DNA of 57,393 nucleotides, the filler included, from Trypethelium eluteriae (taxonomy: Eukaryota): the NCBI GenBank assembly GCA_051942245.1. It is 4 parts of 4 records of this genome, joined end to end, with 100 filler letters (N's around TTAATTAATTAA, not from the genome) between each part and the next. Parts side by side here need not be neighbours in the genome. Positions count along the whole stretch, not along the records: positions 28,802 to 43,063 come from JAVECL010000697.1; positions 43,164 to 57,393 come from JAVECL010000698.1; 2 more parts are not named here. The stretch is one strand, 5' to 3'. Below are positions 39,792 through 52,380 of the stretch, one piece after another. Position numbers and translations under genes: made by a program. Numbering within the stretch: position 1 is the stretch's first letter; each line of letters starts with the position of its first letter. Below the pieces are notes generated by a model. The model was not told the origin of the DNA and made no database searches. It was given only the letters and a program-made list of their open reading frames with translations.

Positions 39792-42700
39792 CCGTCGACG
39801 GGTTAATAAGAGGGAAAGTTTGCCCACTGTCGGACGTTTCACGTATGTGCGTCCGGAGCCTCAAGGTGTGAGGGTTCGAGTAAAGTATAGCCCGTTCGAT
39901 TTCGAAAGGATTGGTACCCGGATTGATGCGAGTCTATGCTTTCCCAGTCGGTGAATACTACGCTGAATGCGCGATGGCAAAATGTTGACCTGAAACACGA
40001 CCTTCGGGTGGCAGTCTGCGGATCAGTAGGTCAATCCGGTCGAGGCCGATTTATCGACCTCTTGGCCAATGCAGATTGCTCGATTTCGCTGCCAGGATGC
40101 AATGATTTTCGCACACAGCCAAAGGATTGCGGTGGATCGTCGAACACAGCCGAGTTTGAAGAATAAAAAGCGGATTCAATCTGAAATTTTGTCGATGCTG
40201 CATGTTTTTGCCATCAGTATCAGACCGTGTCAGTTGCCTCGGAGGCAAGAACATGAAGTGCCAGGAAGCCATGAGTTGCTAGCCAACTTATTCACGATGG
40301 GGCATGAGAACGATATTTTTTTTCAAACGTAGACGCCCACGACAAGGAAGGCATAGGAGGGATGAACGAGCGTTAAATTGGACGAATAGGTGGGTCTCGC
40401 GAGCAAAAACGCAATAGAGGCAACGCTAAAGTATACAGAGATTGGTTTACGAACAGTGTGAATTCAATTGTGACAGTGTGAAGCGGCGATAAGCGCCGTG
40501 TTGGTGGCCAGGGGTTGGTCGTCTGGTTGGGGCGGCGCTGATTGAGCGCAGGTGCGCCGGCCGAGGGCGCACGAAGGAGGTACAAAAGCGAGAAACATAT
40601 TCGTTCGCAAAGGATGAAGAGGGAAGCAGGAACGCGGCGGACACGGGGGGCGAACGCGTGGGAAAAAGTGTGAAACGTACCGATGTCTCTCCACAGAGCC
40701 TCTTTGGCGGCTCAAAATCAGGTACTCTTCGGGTGGAAGGACGGACCCCGGCCGTGGTTTGGGAACGCTGGCACGTGCGAAGCCGGGCTCAAGCGGTGCT
40801 AGCACACAGTGCTGCAAATCCGGCTTGATTCGATGAGGGGGGGGTTGGTTGTTTGGGAGGCAAATGGACTTGGCTTGGGTGCGGTTGTTTCCAACTCTGC
40901 CTGTTGGCACGAGCAGTCGAGCCTGGGGCAGTCGAGCCTGGCCTGGTAGTCGAGCGTAGGCGGTGGGGTCTGCAGCAAATAATACCACTGTGCCCTATCG
41001 GGCTTGCACAGCGAGGAAGGTATCTGCACTCCAGTCAGGCTTGCGACGACTCTGATCCGGCCCACGAGCCACAGGGTGGATGGGAGCAGCTGACGGAGCC
41101 TTCGTGCCTTCCCTCGGACGATCAGGCGTTTGAGACGCAGGCGCAGACGCAGACGCAGATTCGTCCACCACGGCGATCAACGACGGCGACGCACGACTCC
41201 AGGTGCCAGGACCCGGACAGCGATGCTGGTGCCGCAGTCATATTTGTGTCATCTCTGTCATTGCTGCTGGCGGCCAGTGGGGACGGGGTGGGCATAGCGC
41301 GCAGGTGGAGGCACGTCAGGTAGGCACGTCCACGACTTATGGCATTTATGGGAGTCGCGACTTTTCCCTATGCCCTATGGCGGAAGGGCGTCGGAGGCTG
41401 AGAGGCAGGCCTCATCATGGACCGCTGTCGCTCGAGCATGCTTCAGACTCGACTCAGTGTTCACGATGCTGCGGGCCCTGCAAGCCTGGTCGCTCTCGCG
41501 GCCGCCGCCGACGGGCTGACCGTGGAGACGAGTGTGCGGCTCTACCTAGCCCGGCGTCAATTGGGAATCGTGGCGCATAGGACAGCACCTAGCCGGCAGG
41601 GCTACCTGCTAACCTGCCTGAAGACGGCCGGAGGAACGTTATGCAAGCACGCAACTCCGCCGTCGTTGGGGGAATGCGCAAGAGCGCCACCGCAGCGCCG
41701 GTGCCCTCACCGTGCATGAAATCGCGATGATTGGCGATCACTGCGATGTCCACCGCACCGACCGCACTCTGAAACAGCCCTCCACTGTCATGGAAGGACC
41801 ATGATGGGTCTACTCTGGGATTACCCCACCCGCTTCACATACACCGATCGAAAGCTTGACGGACTGCCGTCTCCCTGGCCATGTGTGCTCAGCTGACTGC
41901 TCCAGACCACTGCAGTGTGCGAACTAGGATCGTGGAAGAAGACACCCAGAAACCCCCTTTTCTTTCCTTCCCCCCCGGGCCAGGAAGCGGTGGCGGGTAG
42001 TAACGGATAGCCCGTTTCTCCATGTGTACCAAAGGATCAAACCCCGGGTCTACTTTTCCGAACCCATCCTACCCTCTCCCGATGCTATCCTCAAAGAAAT
42101 GCCTCTCCCGGCTGCAGTGTCCGCCTTGGGGAACAAGTCGAATCTTCCCCAACTTCTCCCGCTCGGAAGCTCGCCCAATGGCTCTAGCCCGTAAGACGAT
42201 CGATGAGGCTGTATTAGCCTGCACTGATTATCCACCAAGCTAAACCGGACCTCGCCCAACCGCACGTCAGACGGATGCATGGGAAAATATGCTGTATGCT
42301 GGTGCTATTAAGGCTCCCCAACCCCTTGTAGGGCGCGATCTACCTTTAGACTGGCCGAGTGACGGAGAAGTTGACCAAGCAGGACGTTTCGGCGCGGTCC
42401 GGTGGATACCACCTGTCCCGAACTGCGAGTACTCAGAGAGCTTACACCTGAAGCGTCATCTTGATATGAGATCCCAATCCTACGCACGTCCAGCTGAAGG
42501 CGGCTGGAACATTCTCAAGTCGCCTACGACGACCAAGGCGAGACAACCACATGGCATCCCGTCCTTTACACCGCCATCTCCCTCCACGCCGCCGTTAAGA
42601 AGGCCGGACTTAATAAAAAATAATCCTCCTGATTTCTAGTCGGCCAGATGTCTATCCGTCTAAAAGGTAAGAGAGTATTAGACCGCCAGAGTGAGAAAAA

Positions 42701-43063
42701 GCTGTGCCCCAGATGCCAGTAATAATGCAGGTAGAATCCGCAAAAAGGAAGAAATCAGCCCTGTACTTGAAATGGCACTTCTGCCCGTGCAAGCACTTTC
42801 AAGAGCACACCCCCTCATTTAGTAAGCTTTCCCTTTTAGCCTCCCAGCCACTTCGCTCGGTTTGAACGAAGACTTCCTTACCTCCCACACACATGGTAAT
42901 GTTCCCCAACTGAGGCTCAAATCTCCAAATCGCGGCGATGCCGATCAACGCACCCTCATAAACCTCGCAAATCTCCGATTCTGCGTCGCCGCACCTGCAC
43001 TTGCGCTCCCATCTTGATCGGCCATACAAGGGCCCCCCATCCCCATCCACATCCCCTCCGCAC

Positions 43064-43163
43064 NNNNNNNNNNNNNNNNNNNNNNNNNNNNNNNNNNNNN
43101 NNNNNNNTTAATTAATTAANNNNNNNNNNNNNNNNNNNNNNNNNNNNNNNNNNNNNNNNNNNN
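43064..43163. other. Artificial contig spacer
   Basis: N-run with central TTAATTAATTAA. Confidence 0.98.
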
Positions 43164-44918
43164 CGCTGCGGCTGCCGGCGGACGCGCCTTCCAGAGCTTG
43201 ACGCTCCAGTCGAGGCTGCTGCTGAGCACGAGGTCGCCGAGATCGATCTTGCCGCGGGCGGGGTGGAAGTCGAGCGACATGACGGGCGCCGCGTGGCCGC
43301 GGTAGGAGATGCGCGTGTCGACGCCGGCTTTGGCGCCCGCGCGGTCGTAGCGGTGGCATGGGTGGATGGAGCCCTCTTCGGTGCCGGCGAGGAAATATGT
43401 CGGGTCTGACTGAGGGAAGGCGATGCAGGTGGGTGCCATCTCTTCGGATTTGGCGGGTTGCGGGGTTTGGAGTTCGAGGTATTCTTGCGGTTGGGAGAGC
43501 ATGTCGACGGACCAGCCGCAGACGACGCCGTCGGTGGAGCAGGAGATGATGTTGTTGGCGTTTTGCGTGCCGACGATGTCGATGGAGTAGATGGGGTGTG
43601 TGTGCCCTGAGCCGGTAAGAGGTGTTTTTTGCACGGGTGCTGATTTTGCGCGCGTATCCCATAAGAGGACTTGTCCACTGTAGCATCCGCCAATGATGAA
43701 GTTGGGGTGGAAAGGTGAGAATCGAGCCGTAAGTATGTCCGACTGGGCATGGAAAACGTATTCTGGCCGTTCATGCATGTGGAGATTCCATACCTGGATT
43801 AGGCCATCCGGATCGTGTGGTGCGGAAGGGTTCTTCGTGTAGGATGCCAGGACAAGTTCTGGAAACTGTGCAATATTAGAAGATTGAAATTGATGAACAG
43901 AAGATTCCACACCTTTGGAGAAAAGTTCAAGTCACTTATCATTCGTTTCTTGCTCCATCTCTCGTCCCAGAATTGTGCGACTTCCTTCACCCGTCTCCCT
44001 CTTCTACCTGTCGATGCCCCTAGCTCATCATCATCCACAGCCCCCAGTCCATCGACCGCGTAGTCTGCCAGTATATCGTATTCTTGTTCCAACGCCCGTT
44101 CTATGACCTTGGTCGACCGATCAACAAATCCTTGGAAGTCAATTGACGATGTAACAGCATTGAGTTCTTCGTTTGTCAATAACCTGGAAGGGAAATTGGC
44201 CCTGCCGTTCGTTTCGGCAGCGGAGACGTCATGATTTTGTATCGCTTTGAGCTCCTCTTCAATTTCTCTCCGTAGATTTTGTCTCAGCTCCTCTTCCCTC
44301 TCCTTCTCTCGCCTACTCAGCCGCTTCTTCCTCGGAGACTTTGAAGGCGACACTGCCCCATCATCTTCAGAATCCGAAAAGCCTTTTGCACGTGCCCTTT
44401 GCGGTTCATAGACGTCAGATGTCTGAACGCCTTTACTATATGTTATTATCTCTGCTTTTGGTGAAGCAGGAAAGTCGTAGACCGTTGTTAAAGGTGCGAT
44501 GGACAGGGTTTGTAATGAAGGCGCCGGTGCGGATTTTTCATGCCCAGGGCTGGGTATCTCTGACTGATCGCCACTCAGTTGGCCAGCGCTGACAACTGAT
44601 GTAGGCCTACTGCCCCTTTGCGCAGGTGATGATGGTTCTCGGGGTCCCGCCGAACTCGGTCTCGAGTCTCCAACCAGGCTTGATATCAAGTTGTCCAAGT
44701 CTGCCCGGTTGTTAGCACGGCTCGGTATTGGCGCCACTAGCTGAAGATATATCAGCTGTGCTGGTTCATGTGAGTTTGGATATTAGAGAACCTACCTCCG
44801 AGCCATCGCCAATACTCTGCCTCGAAGCAGTGAACTCCTTTGCTCTTTGCTCTCTCTGCCGTTTCAGCTCGGCGAGCTTGGCCTTCTTCGCCAGGATCTC
44901 ATCTTTCCGCTGTTGCAT
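43164..44918 (-). CDS. PAC11: Cytoplasmic dynein intermediate chain (NudI/Pac11), 3'-truncated
   Basis: MQQRKDEILAKKAKLAELKRQR, TYSKGVQT light-chain site, FVDRSTKVIERAL, WD40 repeats FPELVLASYTKN...SSSLDWSVKLW. Confidence 0.93.
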
Positions 44919-45399
44919 CTTCAAGATCTTTCAAGCGCTTGAGGCCATGTGCCGTTAATTCGATTATCTTCTCGGATAAGGGGGGCGTTCTGAGCTCGAG
45001 GTTGATTCTCGAGGGAGTTAAATAAGGCGCTTTGGGTCGCAAGCGGAAAGTGGACCATTCGACGAGAACAAAGAGATTGTCTGCGGCCCTGGCAGAATGT
45101 AGGAAATATTGGAAAAACTGTCTGTATTTCGAGTGACGCGACCTGCGGACGCGCCTTGATCAGTTATATTTCCCAAGGTTTAGATGTTCAACCTCCTGGC
45201 CTGTGCACCCAGATCGCCGAAATCTCCCGTCTTAACTTTCTTCACCAGCCCCAAGAATCTCCAAAGCCCACGTAAAGCTGCTCACCCTTCCTCTTCTACC
45301 CATTGCTTGTCGGCAGTCAAGCATTTACAGCTCGAGTCCTTACTTGAGCTTCTCCCTAGCCCTGAGTACCCTCAATTCATCCCAGAGAGCTGGCCCGGA

Positions 45400-45856
45400 A
45401 TGTCCACCTCATCGGGGGTTAATGTAAGTTCCCAACGAATCCGCGAGCTCCCAGGAAGCCATTGAACTATTGTCGATATGCTAGAATTCATAGAGCATAA
45501 TTTAGAAGCTAATCAGATACTTTGCAGGTCCTCCGATACTCCGCTCTCGTCTTCGGCGTATTCTACGGTTTTACTCATCAGAGGTCGATAACGTCGCGGG
45601 AGAAGCAGGATGCAGTCAATCGGGAGTGGCAGAGAAAGACAGATCTAATAGCGCAGGCAAGAGCAGAATACACGAAGCAACACACACCGCCAGAGAGCAA
45701 AACCGCAAGCGGTGGACGTATGTCCCTCTAAGAGTACTATCAATCTGTCCGTCGGAGTTTAACTGAGAGAAAATAGTCATCACAAACCCAGAGGACCCCA
45801 AATTCGATCTCGAGGCGTATCTCAACATGGTGGATGCAGAGTCTAAGGGCAAATAA
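45400..45856 (+). CDS. TIM11: Mitochondrial ATP synthase subunit e, 3 exons
   Basis: MSTSSGVN|VLRYSALVFGVFYGFTHQ (GxxxG)...LITNPEDPKFDLEAYL; exons 45400-45423, 45528-45717, 45777-45856. Confidence 0.92.
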
Positions 45857-46348
45857 TCGTTTCGTCTTGAAGAAGAGTGCTTGGAGATTTAAAGCTAGTG
45901 ATAGATTAAGCTGGCTTTGGAAGGGTAATCAGCCCGTGCATGCGGTTGTGCGAAAAGCTTTGCATTTCCCTTTGATTGTCATCATGCTATAGACCTCCTG
46001 TCACATTACCGATACTCCTTGTACAATATGTAATGGAGACCTTGCCGATACCTCCTGCAGACCCTCTATAAGCTACTCTCTTTCTGCGGGTGCAAAAATG
46101 TTCGTTTTGACACCCCGGTAATGTACGTGGGAGGTATTAAGATGATTCTAATCATCTCATGAACAGCTATTTAGTTTCAGACTCGCTGGGAGCTTATCCA
46201 TCTCAGGGACGTAAAAATATCACGGGAACACTAAGTTATTACTAAATCGCAGCATACATCCAAAAGATTTGAAGCAAAGATTAAGCAAATATTTGCAAAA
46301 AGACGATTACCACCACTTCATCACCATGTCTTATTCACCGCAGAGCCC

Positions 46349-47917
46349 TCAAATTTTGGAAACAAACTTTTCCTTCTCGGGTAAAAACCAATTCATAACC
46401 TTCTCCGCCACCGGCGCCTCTATCCCCGTCCCCTCGTCCTTCCTCCAATCTTGCCCATTATACCACTCCTGCAGCGCTCTCTCCGCATGCGCCTCCGCAT
46501 CGTACCCATACACCTCCAACACCGTGGCCGGATCGCCATACAGATTCGGGCTCCTCAGCAACGGCTCCCCCCTCAACTCAGGCTCCATCGCACGATCCCT
46601 CGCCCGCTGCGCCTCGCCCTCCGGCAGCTGCCAGATAGCACCATTCAGAAACGAGACCTGCTGCTTCCGGAACGCCTTGGGCATGCGCTCGCGCTCATAG
46701 AGGCGGATGGCGTCCGGGAGGGCGATGCGCGCGGCGAGCACCTCGCGCAGCACGACGCTGAGGAAGGCGCCGTCTTCCATCGAGGTGGCGGCGCCCTGCG
46801 CCATGTGGTTCGTCATGCTGTGCGCGGCGTCGCCCATGAGCACGACGTTGCCGCAGGGGCTGGACCACGAGGGCAGCGGCCCGGTGACCAGGAGCGGCCA
46901 GCGTTGGGCGTTGGGGATCATGTCGACGATGCGCTGGATGCGCGGGTCGAAGGTGGCGTATTCGGCGCGGAGGTCCGCCATGGAGATGTCTTCGACGGTG
47001 GAGACGGGGTGGGGTCGGTGGTGCGAGAGGACCATGTTGAAGTCGGTGCCGGCGGAGATGGGGTAGGAGATGATGTAGGCTTTTTCTGACATCCAGACTT
47101 CCATGGTGAGTTTTTGGATGAGGGTGGACGCGATGGGGTCATGACGGATTTGTTCGTAGGGGACGATTGCGCGGTAAGCGCAGTTGGTGGTGGGAGGGCG
47201 CGGTTTCACTGCTGGGAATAGAGTACGACGGACAACAGAGTTGATTCCGTCGGATCCTATTAGGAGGTCAAAAACATGCGTTTCCCCTGCCTCAGTTCGT
47301 ACTGTAACCTCGTTACTCTCCAAATAGTCTATTTCGACAACTCGAGATCCAATCATGAGATTGCAGCCGTGCTGACGAGCGACAGTTACCAGCCCTTGAT
47401 GTAGGTGGTGACTATCAAGGCGATTAGAGATCTCTCAACTTTAAAAGTATACCGAAGATACCCACCGATGAACAAGCCACCAAGGCTGATCCAAGGCGCC
47501 CTCTATTCGACTGGTTTGTGTGTACCCCACTGGTGTACCGTCTTTTCGCCGTAAATTCAGCTCTTCAAAACGTACCAAATTATCGCCAATGACTTTATCG
47601 ACACCGTATTTTCTGAGGAGCCTGGCAACGTTCGGTGTCATCTGGATGCCAGCACCGATCTAGAAGCAATTAGAAGGGCACGCTTTCCACTAATATGACC
47701 TTTTCTCAGTGTACCTCTCCCAGATGGTCAGCCGCTTCCAAAACCGTGACTTTAGCTCCAGCTCGAGCTATAGCAATGGCTGCGAAAACGCCCCCAATAC
47801 CAGCTCCACAAAGACCGACATGGATCTCCTTCTTTTTGCCTGATGCATTCCCTACAATTTTTCAGGGTTTGATGATAAGATAGATTTTAACGACCAACCT
47901 GTCATAGTGCTTTCCAT
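46349..47917 (-). CDS. FAD-dependent monooxygenase (salicylate hydroxylase-like), about 4 exons
   Basis: GAGIGG, LE...LGE|IGAGIQMTPN, LIGSDGINS and LMGDAAHSMTNHMAQGAATSMEDG motifs. Confidence 0.92.
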
Positions 47918-48983
47918 AGAACGCTATTGTCTTTGACTGCAAAGAACGCGCTGTATCTCATTGGAGACCCGGAATCCATTGAGATAAGCACATCACTGAC
48001 GTATACATTGGTACACGCCTGACACTTGCCGCAGATCGAGTAGCTGCCACTTAGGCAGACGCGGGAATGTGCATGACGGATCTGAATCCAGGTAATGGTA
48101 GTTGCTAAAAAAAAAAATATTCTAACAGGATCAGCCTTACTAAATTGCCCATTTCCCTGATCTTCATGCAGCAGTTCATTACGATATCGGAGACGAGGCC
48201 AAGTACCGTAATTATTTGCAGAATTATCTCCGTGTATTCCCGTGAATCCTTTGGCCCTCTCGAGCTATAAGATCTTCAGTATCAATGGTGTGCTGCAATG
48301 TGCGCCGTTATCCTATTTTAGTTTCGATGATCATGTGCACTTGTGTAACCTCGGAATTCCTTTTCGGGAGGACCTTCTTTTTGGGAATGCTATTGAGAGT
48401 CGAGTGAAAAGACCACAAGCAGTTATCAGATGATATTCCTGGTTGTTTTTTTCAATCTGATCAAGCACAACGACGGACGAAAACTGAAACATTTTTACTT
48501 GCAAAGGCCCTCTGCCATTCATGATCGACTGTAACCTTGCCAAAGTCATTGACGAACAAAAATTGGAAATTACGAGAGAGCTCAAACAATACTGTGAAAA
48601 TAACACTACCCAGACCGTAGAATCTAGAGTGATAGCCTGTAAGACCTAAGGTACAGCCCTGCTGCTATGCTTTGCGGGTCTGGACGTTTCCGCGATAGCC
48701 ACCAGGAAGGTGGGTACTCGACAAACGTCCCACGGGATAGATCCAGGAAGCTACCTAAGCTAGCAGCTGACGGTCTTCATGCGCGGAGATCGACGAAAAC
48801 GGTTCACCAGGGACTTGGAATGATGTTACGCGGCGGACGAAGTGTTGATTCTTCCGGTGCTCCATGATCCAAATTTCTATGGAGCACCCGGGGAAACTGG
48901 TGCCTGCGTCCGTGCTCAATCAACGTCACTTGCACGACTGATTCCTTCACCTCCATAGTTTCAACGTCAACAACCGTCGCAAG

Positions 48984-50807
48984 ATGATGCACCCATCTAG
49001 ACAAGCGTATGTGGAGGAAGCGGAACCCGAGGTAAGCTGAAAATCTTCCTGAGGTTGCTGTTGCAAATCTGGTTTCTCAACTCTACCTAGAGGGACCCAT
49101 TCCCTTCGCAGGTCCGCCAGAGGCGCAGTTCGAGGTGGGCGCAAAGCTTGAAAAATGACTGATGGATTTGGCTGGTACTTTAGGAATCGGAGGGTGTCAA
49201 TCTGTCAAACATTCGTATGTCAATCAGATCTTCTGGTGCTTGTGTATTCTTTGGGTACTAACAATATATCTTTAGCTATCGACCGCGACTATGAGATATC
49301 TGGTGGTATTTCGGGTGTAGCCCCTGAAAAGGCTTCTGCCATTTTACAGCAGATCGAACGGAAGCGCTTCGCGAAGACGATCGCAGTACCCACCGACGAT
49401 GGTCGAGTTAGAGCGCGGTTACGAGAGCTCGGAGAACCGATTACCCTCTTCGGCGAAGGACCAGGAGATAGGCGCGACAGGCTACGTGAGCTTCTTGCAG
49501 ATCGAGCAGCCGGTGATGAAGATGGAGACGCAATCATGCAGGATGCTGCGGCGCAAGAAGAAGATAATGAGGCAAACGAAGAGTTTTATACCGAGGGGTC
49601 TCCAGAGCTACTTAGCATTCGTAAAGACATCTCACGATATTCATTACCTCGAGCACGCGACCGGATAGTACAACAGAAAAAAGAGTCCACAATACCCCTC
49701 CGCGTACATGTCAATCATCGGAAAGCTATCAAAGAAAAGCTGACAGGGTTCGAATTATATGGTTCGCAAGTGGCTGCCGAACGTCCCATTAGTATCGCGC
49801 GCTTCTCACCTTCCGGACAAATAGTTGCAGCGGGACACTTCGGAGGTGGCATTCAATTTCTTTCTGTTCCCAACCTTGATAAGACACAAACACTGCGTGG
49901 TCATACTGGTCGAGTTGGTGGAATTGCTTGGTTCCCACGTGCCACCCTTCCATCCAGTACCGTTTCCTCTTCTGCCGTCAACCTCGCATCCGGCGGCGGT
50001 GAAGGCGATAATGAAGTCCATCTCTGGTCTCTTGATGGAGAGACACCTTTGTCTACTCTATCAGGTCACAGTGGTCGGGTCGCGCGAGTAGAGTTCCATC
50101 CATCTGGTCGCTATCTTGCAAGTGCTAGTCATGATACTACATGGCGACTGTGGGACGTTGCCACTACCACTGAGCTCTTGCTTCAAGAAGGCCACAGCTT
50201 GGGGGTCCATACAGTATCTTTCAACCCAGATGGATCTTTACTGGCATCCGCTGGCCTTGACAGCATTGGTCGTATATGGGACCTCAGAACCGGTCGTAAC
50301 GTCATGATATTGGAAGGCCATATTAAAGAGATAGCTGGTCTGGACTGGGGTCCGGACTGTTACCGTGTGCTCACAGGATCCACGGATGGATTCGTAAAGT
50401 GCTGGGATGTCAGAGCTGTGAGAGAGACCGCGAGCATTGGTGCAAACAAAGGCGGTGTGACAGATTTAAGGTGGTTCAAGGGGAGCACGTCGTCACCAAC
50501 GTCCAAAATGACTATACATGATGACGGTGAGACCAATGGAGCCGATAACGAGCAATGCACAGACAAGGCTCCCGATTCCCAATCTGAGATCGTTCCCAAG
50601 AAGTCAGGCACCTTCTTCATTTCAAGTGGGTTGGACAAGAAAATCAATATATTCTCGGCGGATGATTGGGCGCTATGCAAGTCTCTTGGTGGCCATTCAG
50701 GCAACGTCTTCTCCACCGATGTCACGGATGATGCTCGATGGGTTCTGAGCAGTGGCTATGATCGTACGGTCAAGCTGTGGGCGCGAGATGATTGCGAAGG
50801 CATTTGA
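48984..50807 (+). CDS. PRP4: U4/U6 snRNP WD40 protein Prp4, 3 exons
   Basis: MMHPSRQAYVEE, SFM motif VPTDDGRVRARLRELGEPITLFGEGPGDRRDRLR, EEFYTEG, WD40 repeats; exons 48984-49031, 49184-49214, 49276-50807. Confidence 0.95.
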
Positions 50808-51243
50808 GAGGGCGGGTACTCTAAGAAATCAGCCCGATAGTTCCTACAAGTCAAAGCCTGACTGATGACTTGGGGAAACCGTCACGAAATTGTTACAGCG
50901 AATGCTGAAGGACTGAGGTCCTCCTCCATTACACCGCTAGCCTCTCGCGGAGGCCTGCAGACGCAAGTGGGACTTTTGCGGCTTGAAATTGAACTGACTT
51001 TATAAGTACTACGGATCGGAAAAATGATACCCTTTTATATCTTTGAGTGGGACTTTACTGAATTTCCTGCCGTTTCTTGTCTTTAAACCGGTACCGACGC
51101 TTGAGACCGATTCTGCAGTACTAGGACCATAGTGTCCGGGCAACCCCCAGCAATGTTCCCTCGCCAGCGAGCGGACACTTTATTCGCATGTCTCATCATT
51201 ATGGTGACGGTGCCGGACCTGTACGTGAATATTGCAGTCAGCA

Positions 51244-51752
51244 CTAGCACTCATAGACAACATCATTCCAATGGATCAACCTACTTCTTCTCGCCCTCCC
51301 CTCCCCTTCAAAAATGCTCTGGTCACCGCCGGATGTACCTGAAGAGAGTTAATCACCTGAAAAGTCACTTGGTCACTTGATGAAAGATAGCCACACTCAC
51401 CAGTCCCGCTCTTTTTCTGGCGAGTTCCTTTCCTTCCTCCCGTTCTTGCGCTTTTCGTCTCCTGAACTTTGGCTGGCCTCGACCCCGCCGTCTTCGTTGC
51501 TCTCTTGGCTGGCGCCCTGGCTTGCGTTCTGGCTGGCGCCCTAGCTTGCGTCCTGGCTGGTGTCCTCGCCGATCTTGTCGCCGTTGAGCGCGCAGATCTA
51601 CTCGTCCTCTCAGCCGGACGGGTAGCGCGGTTCTGTCTTGTTGCAGTATTCCTCCTAGAAGTCGTCCGCGGCGCAGCTGCGGAGGCTGACAGCTCGTCAA
51701 TGAGCCGCGCCGGCGGCCTCACCACCCGATTGCTCCTCGTTGTGTACGGCAT
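51244..51752 (-). CDS. Small, very basic Arg/Ala/Thr-rich protein (H1/protamine-like composition); 3' exon structure uncertain
   Basis: ATG 51752; TRSNRVVRPPARL; 24-bp repeats encoding ARTQARAP; GTGAGT donor near 51400. Confidence 0.55.
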
Positions 51753-52250
51753 GATGTCTCAGCCTTTCTTCTCTCCTTAACGGCGCTGTCGAGGTGTCGT
51801 TGTCGTGTTGGTGGGCGAAGATGATGGCGCAGGAGCTGGACTCTGAAATCCGTCGACGCGTGCGTCCGATTTCAGAGGTGTCGCTTTTGAGGAATTGATT
51901 GAATTTCAGGGTAATGACGGGAAGGCCGATGGAGCCTTTATCTAGGATGGGAATGGAGAGGCTGTAGGATTTTCTTGAAGGTAAACAGAGAGATCCAAGC
52001 TGGAAGAGATTGTTGAGAAAGTAGCAAACGAAATCTATTGGGTAGTTTATGATAGAAGGAAAGTCAAGGGAGTGTAAACAAAGCGGATCATCCAGCACAA
52101 GAGTTTGTGGCCGCTTGCAGTATATTTAGGAGTACAAATACAGACAAAGAGATATTGTTCTGGACGCTGTAGTTGCAGTATAGAAGATTGCCTCTGACTT
52201 TTCCGCGTTCGCCTGGTCTTAACTCTGTACCAGCAGTATCATTGGACTGA

Positions 52251-52380
52251 ATAACAATGAATAGAACAATACAACACCTAAACACGCATTCTAGTTCATG
52301 AATATTAGAGTTAGAAAATTTGATATTGTTGATACCTCAAAATGCGTATTCAGGTGCTGTATTGTTCTATTCATTGTTAT
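52251..52380. repeat. 40-bp imperfect inverted repeat with 50-nt AT-rich spacer (MITE-like or RNA hairpin)
   Basis: 52251-52290 matches the reverse complement of 52341-52380 at 37/40 positions. Confidence 0.85.

Noticed and set aside
46451..47089. Long antisense ORFs over GC-rich coding regions (also 26098-27522, 38929-39498, 55284-55976)
   Set aside because: Shadow frames caused by codon bias of the real gene on the opposite strand.
19848..47917. Secondary-metabolite cluster from PAO, ILV3, the transcription factors and the FAD monooxygenase
   Set aside because: The genes lie on different contigs and no PKS, NRPS or terpene synthase is present.
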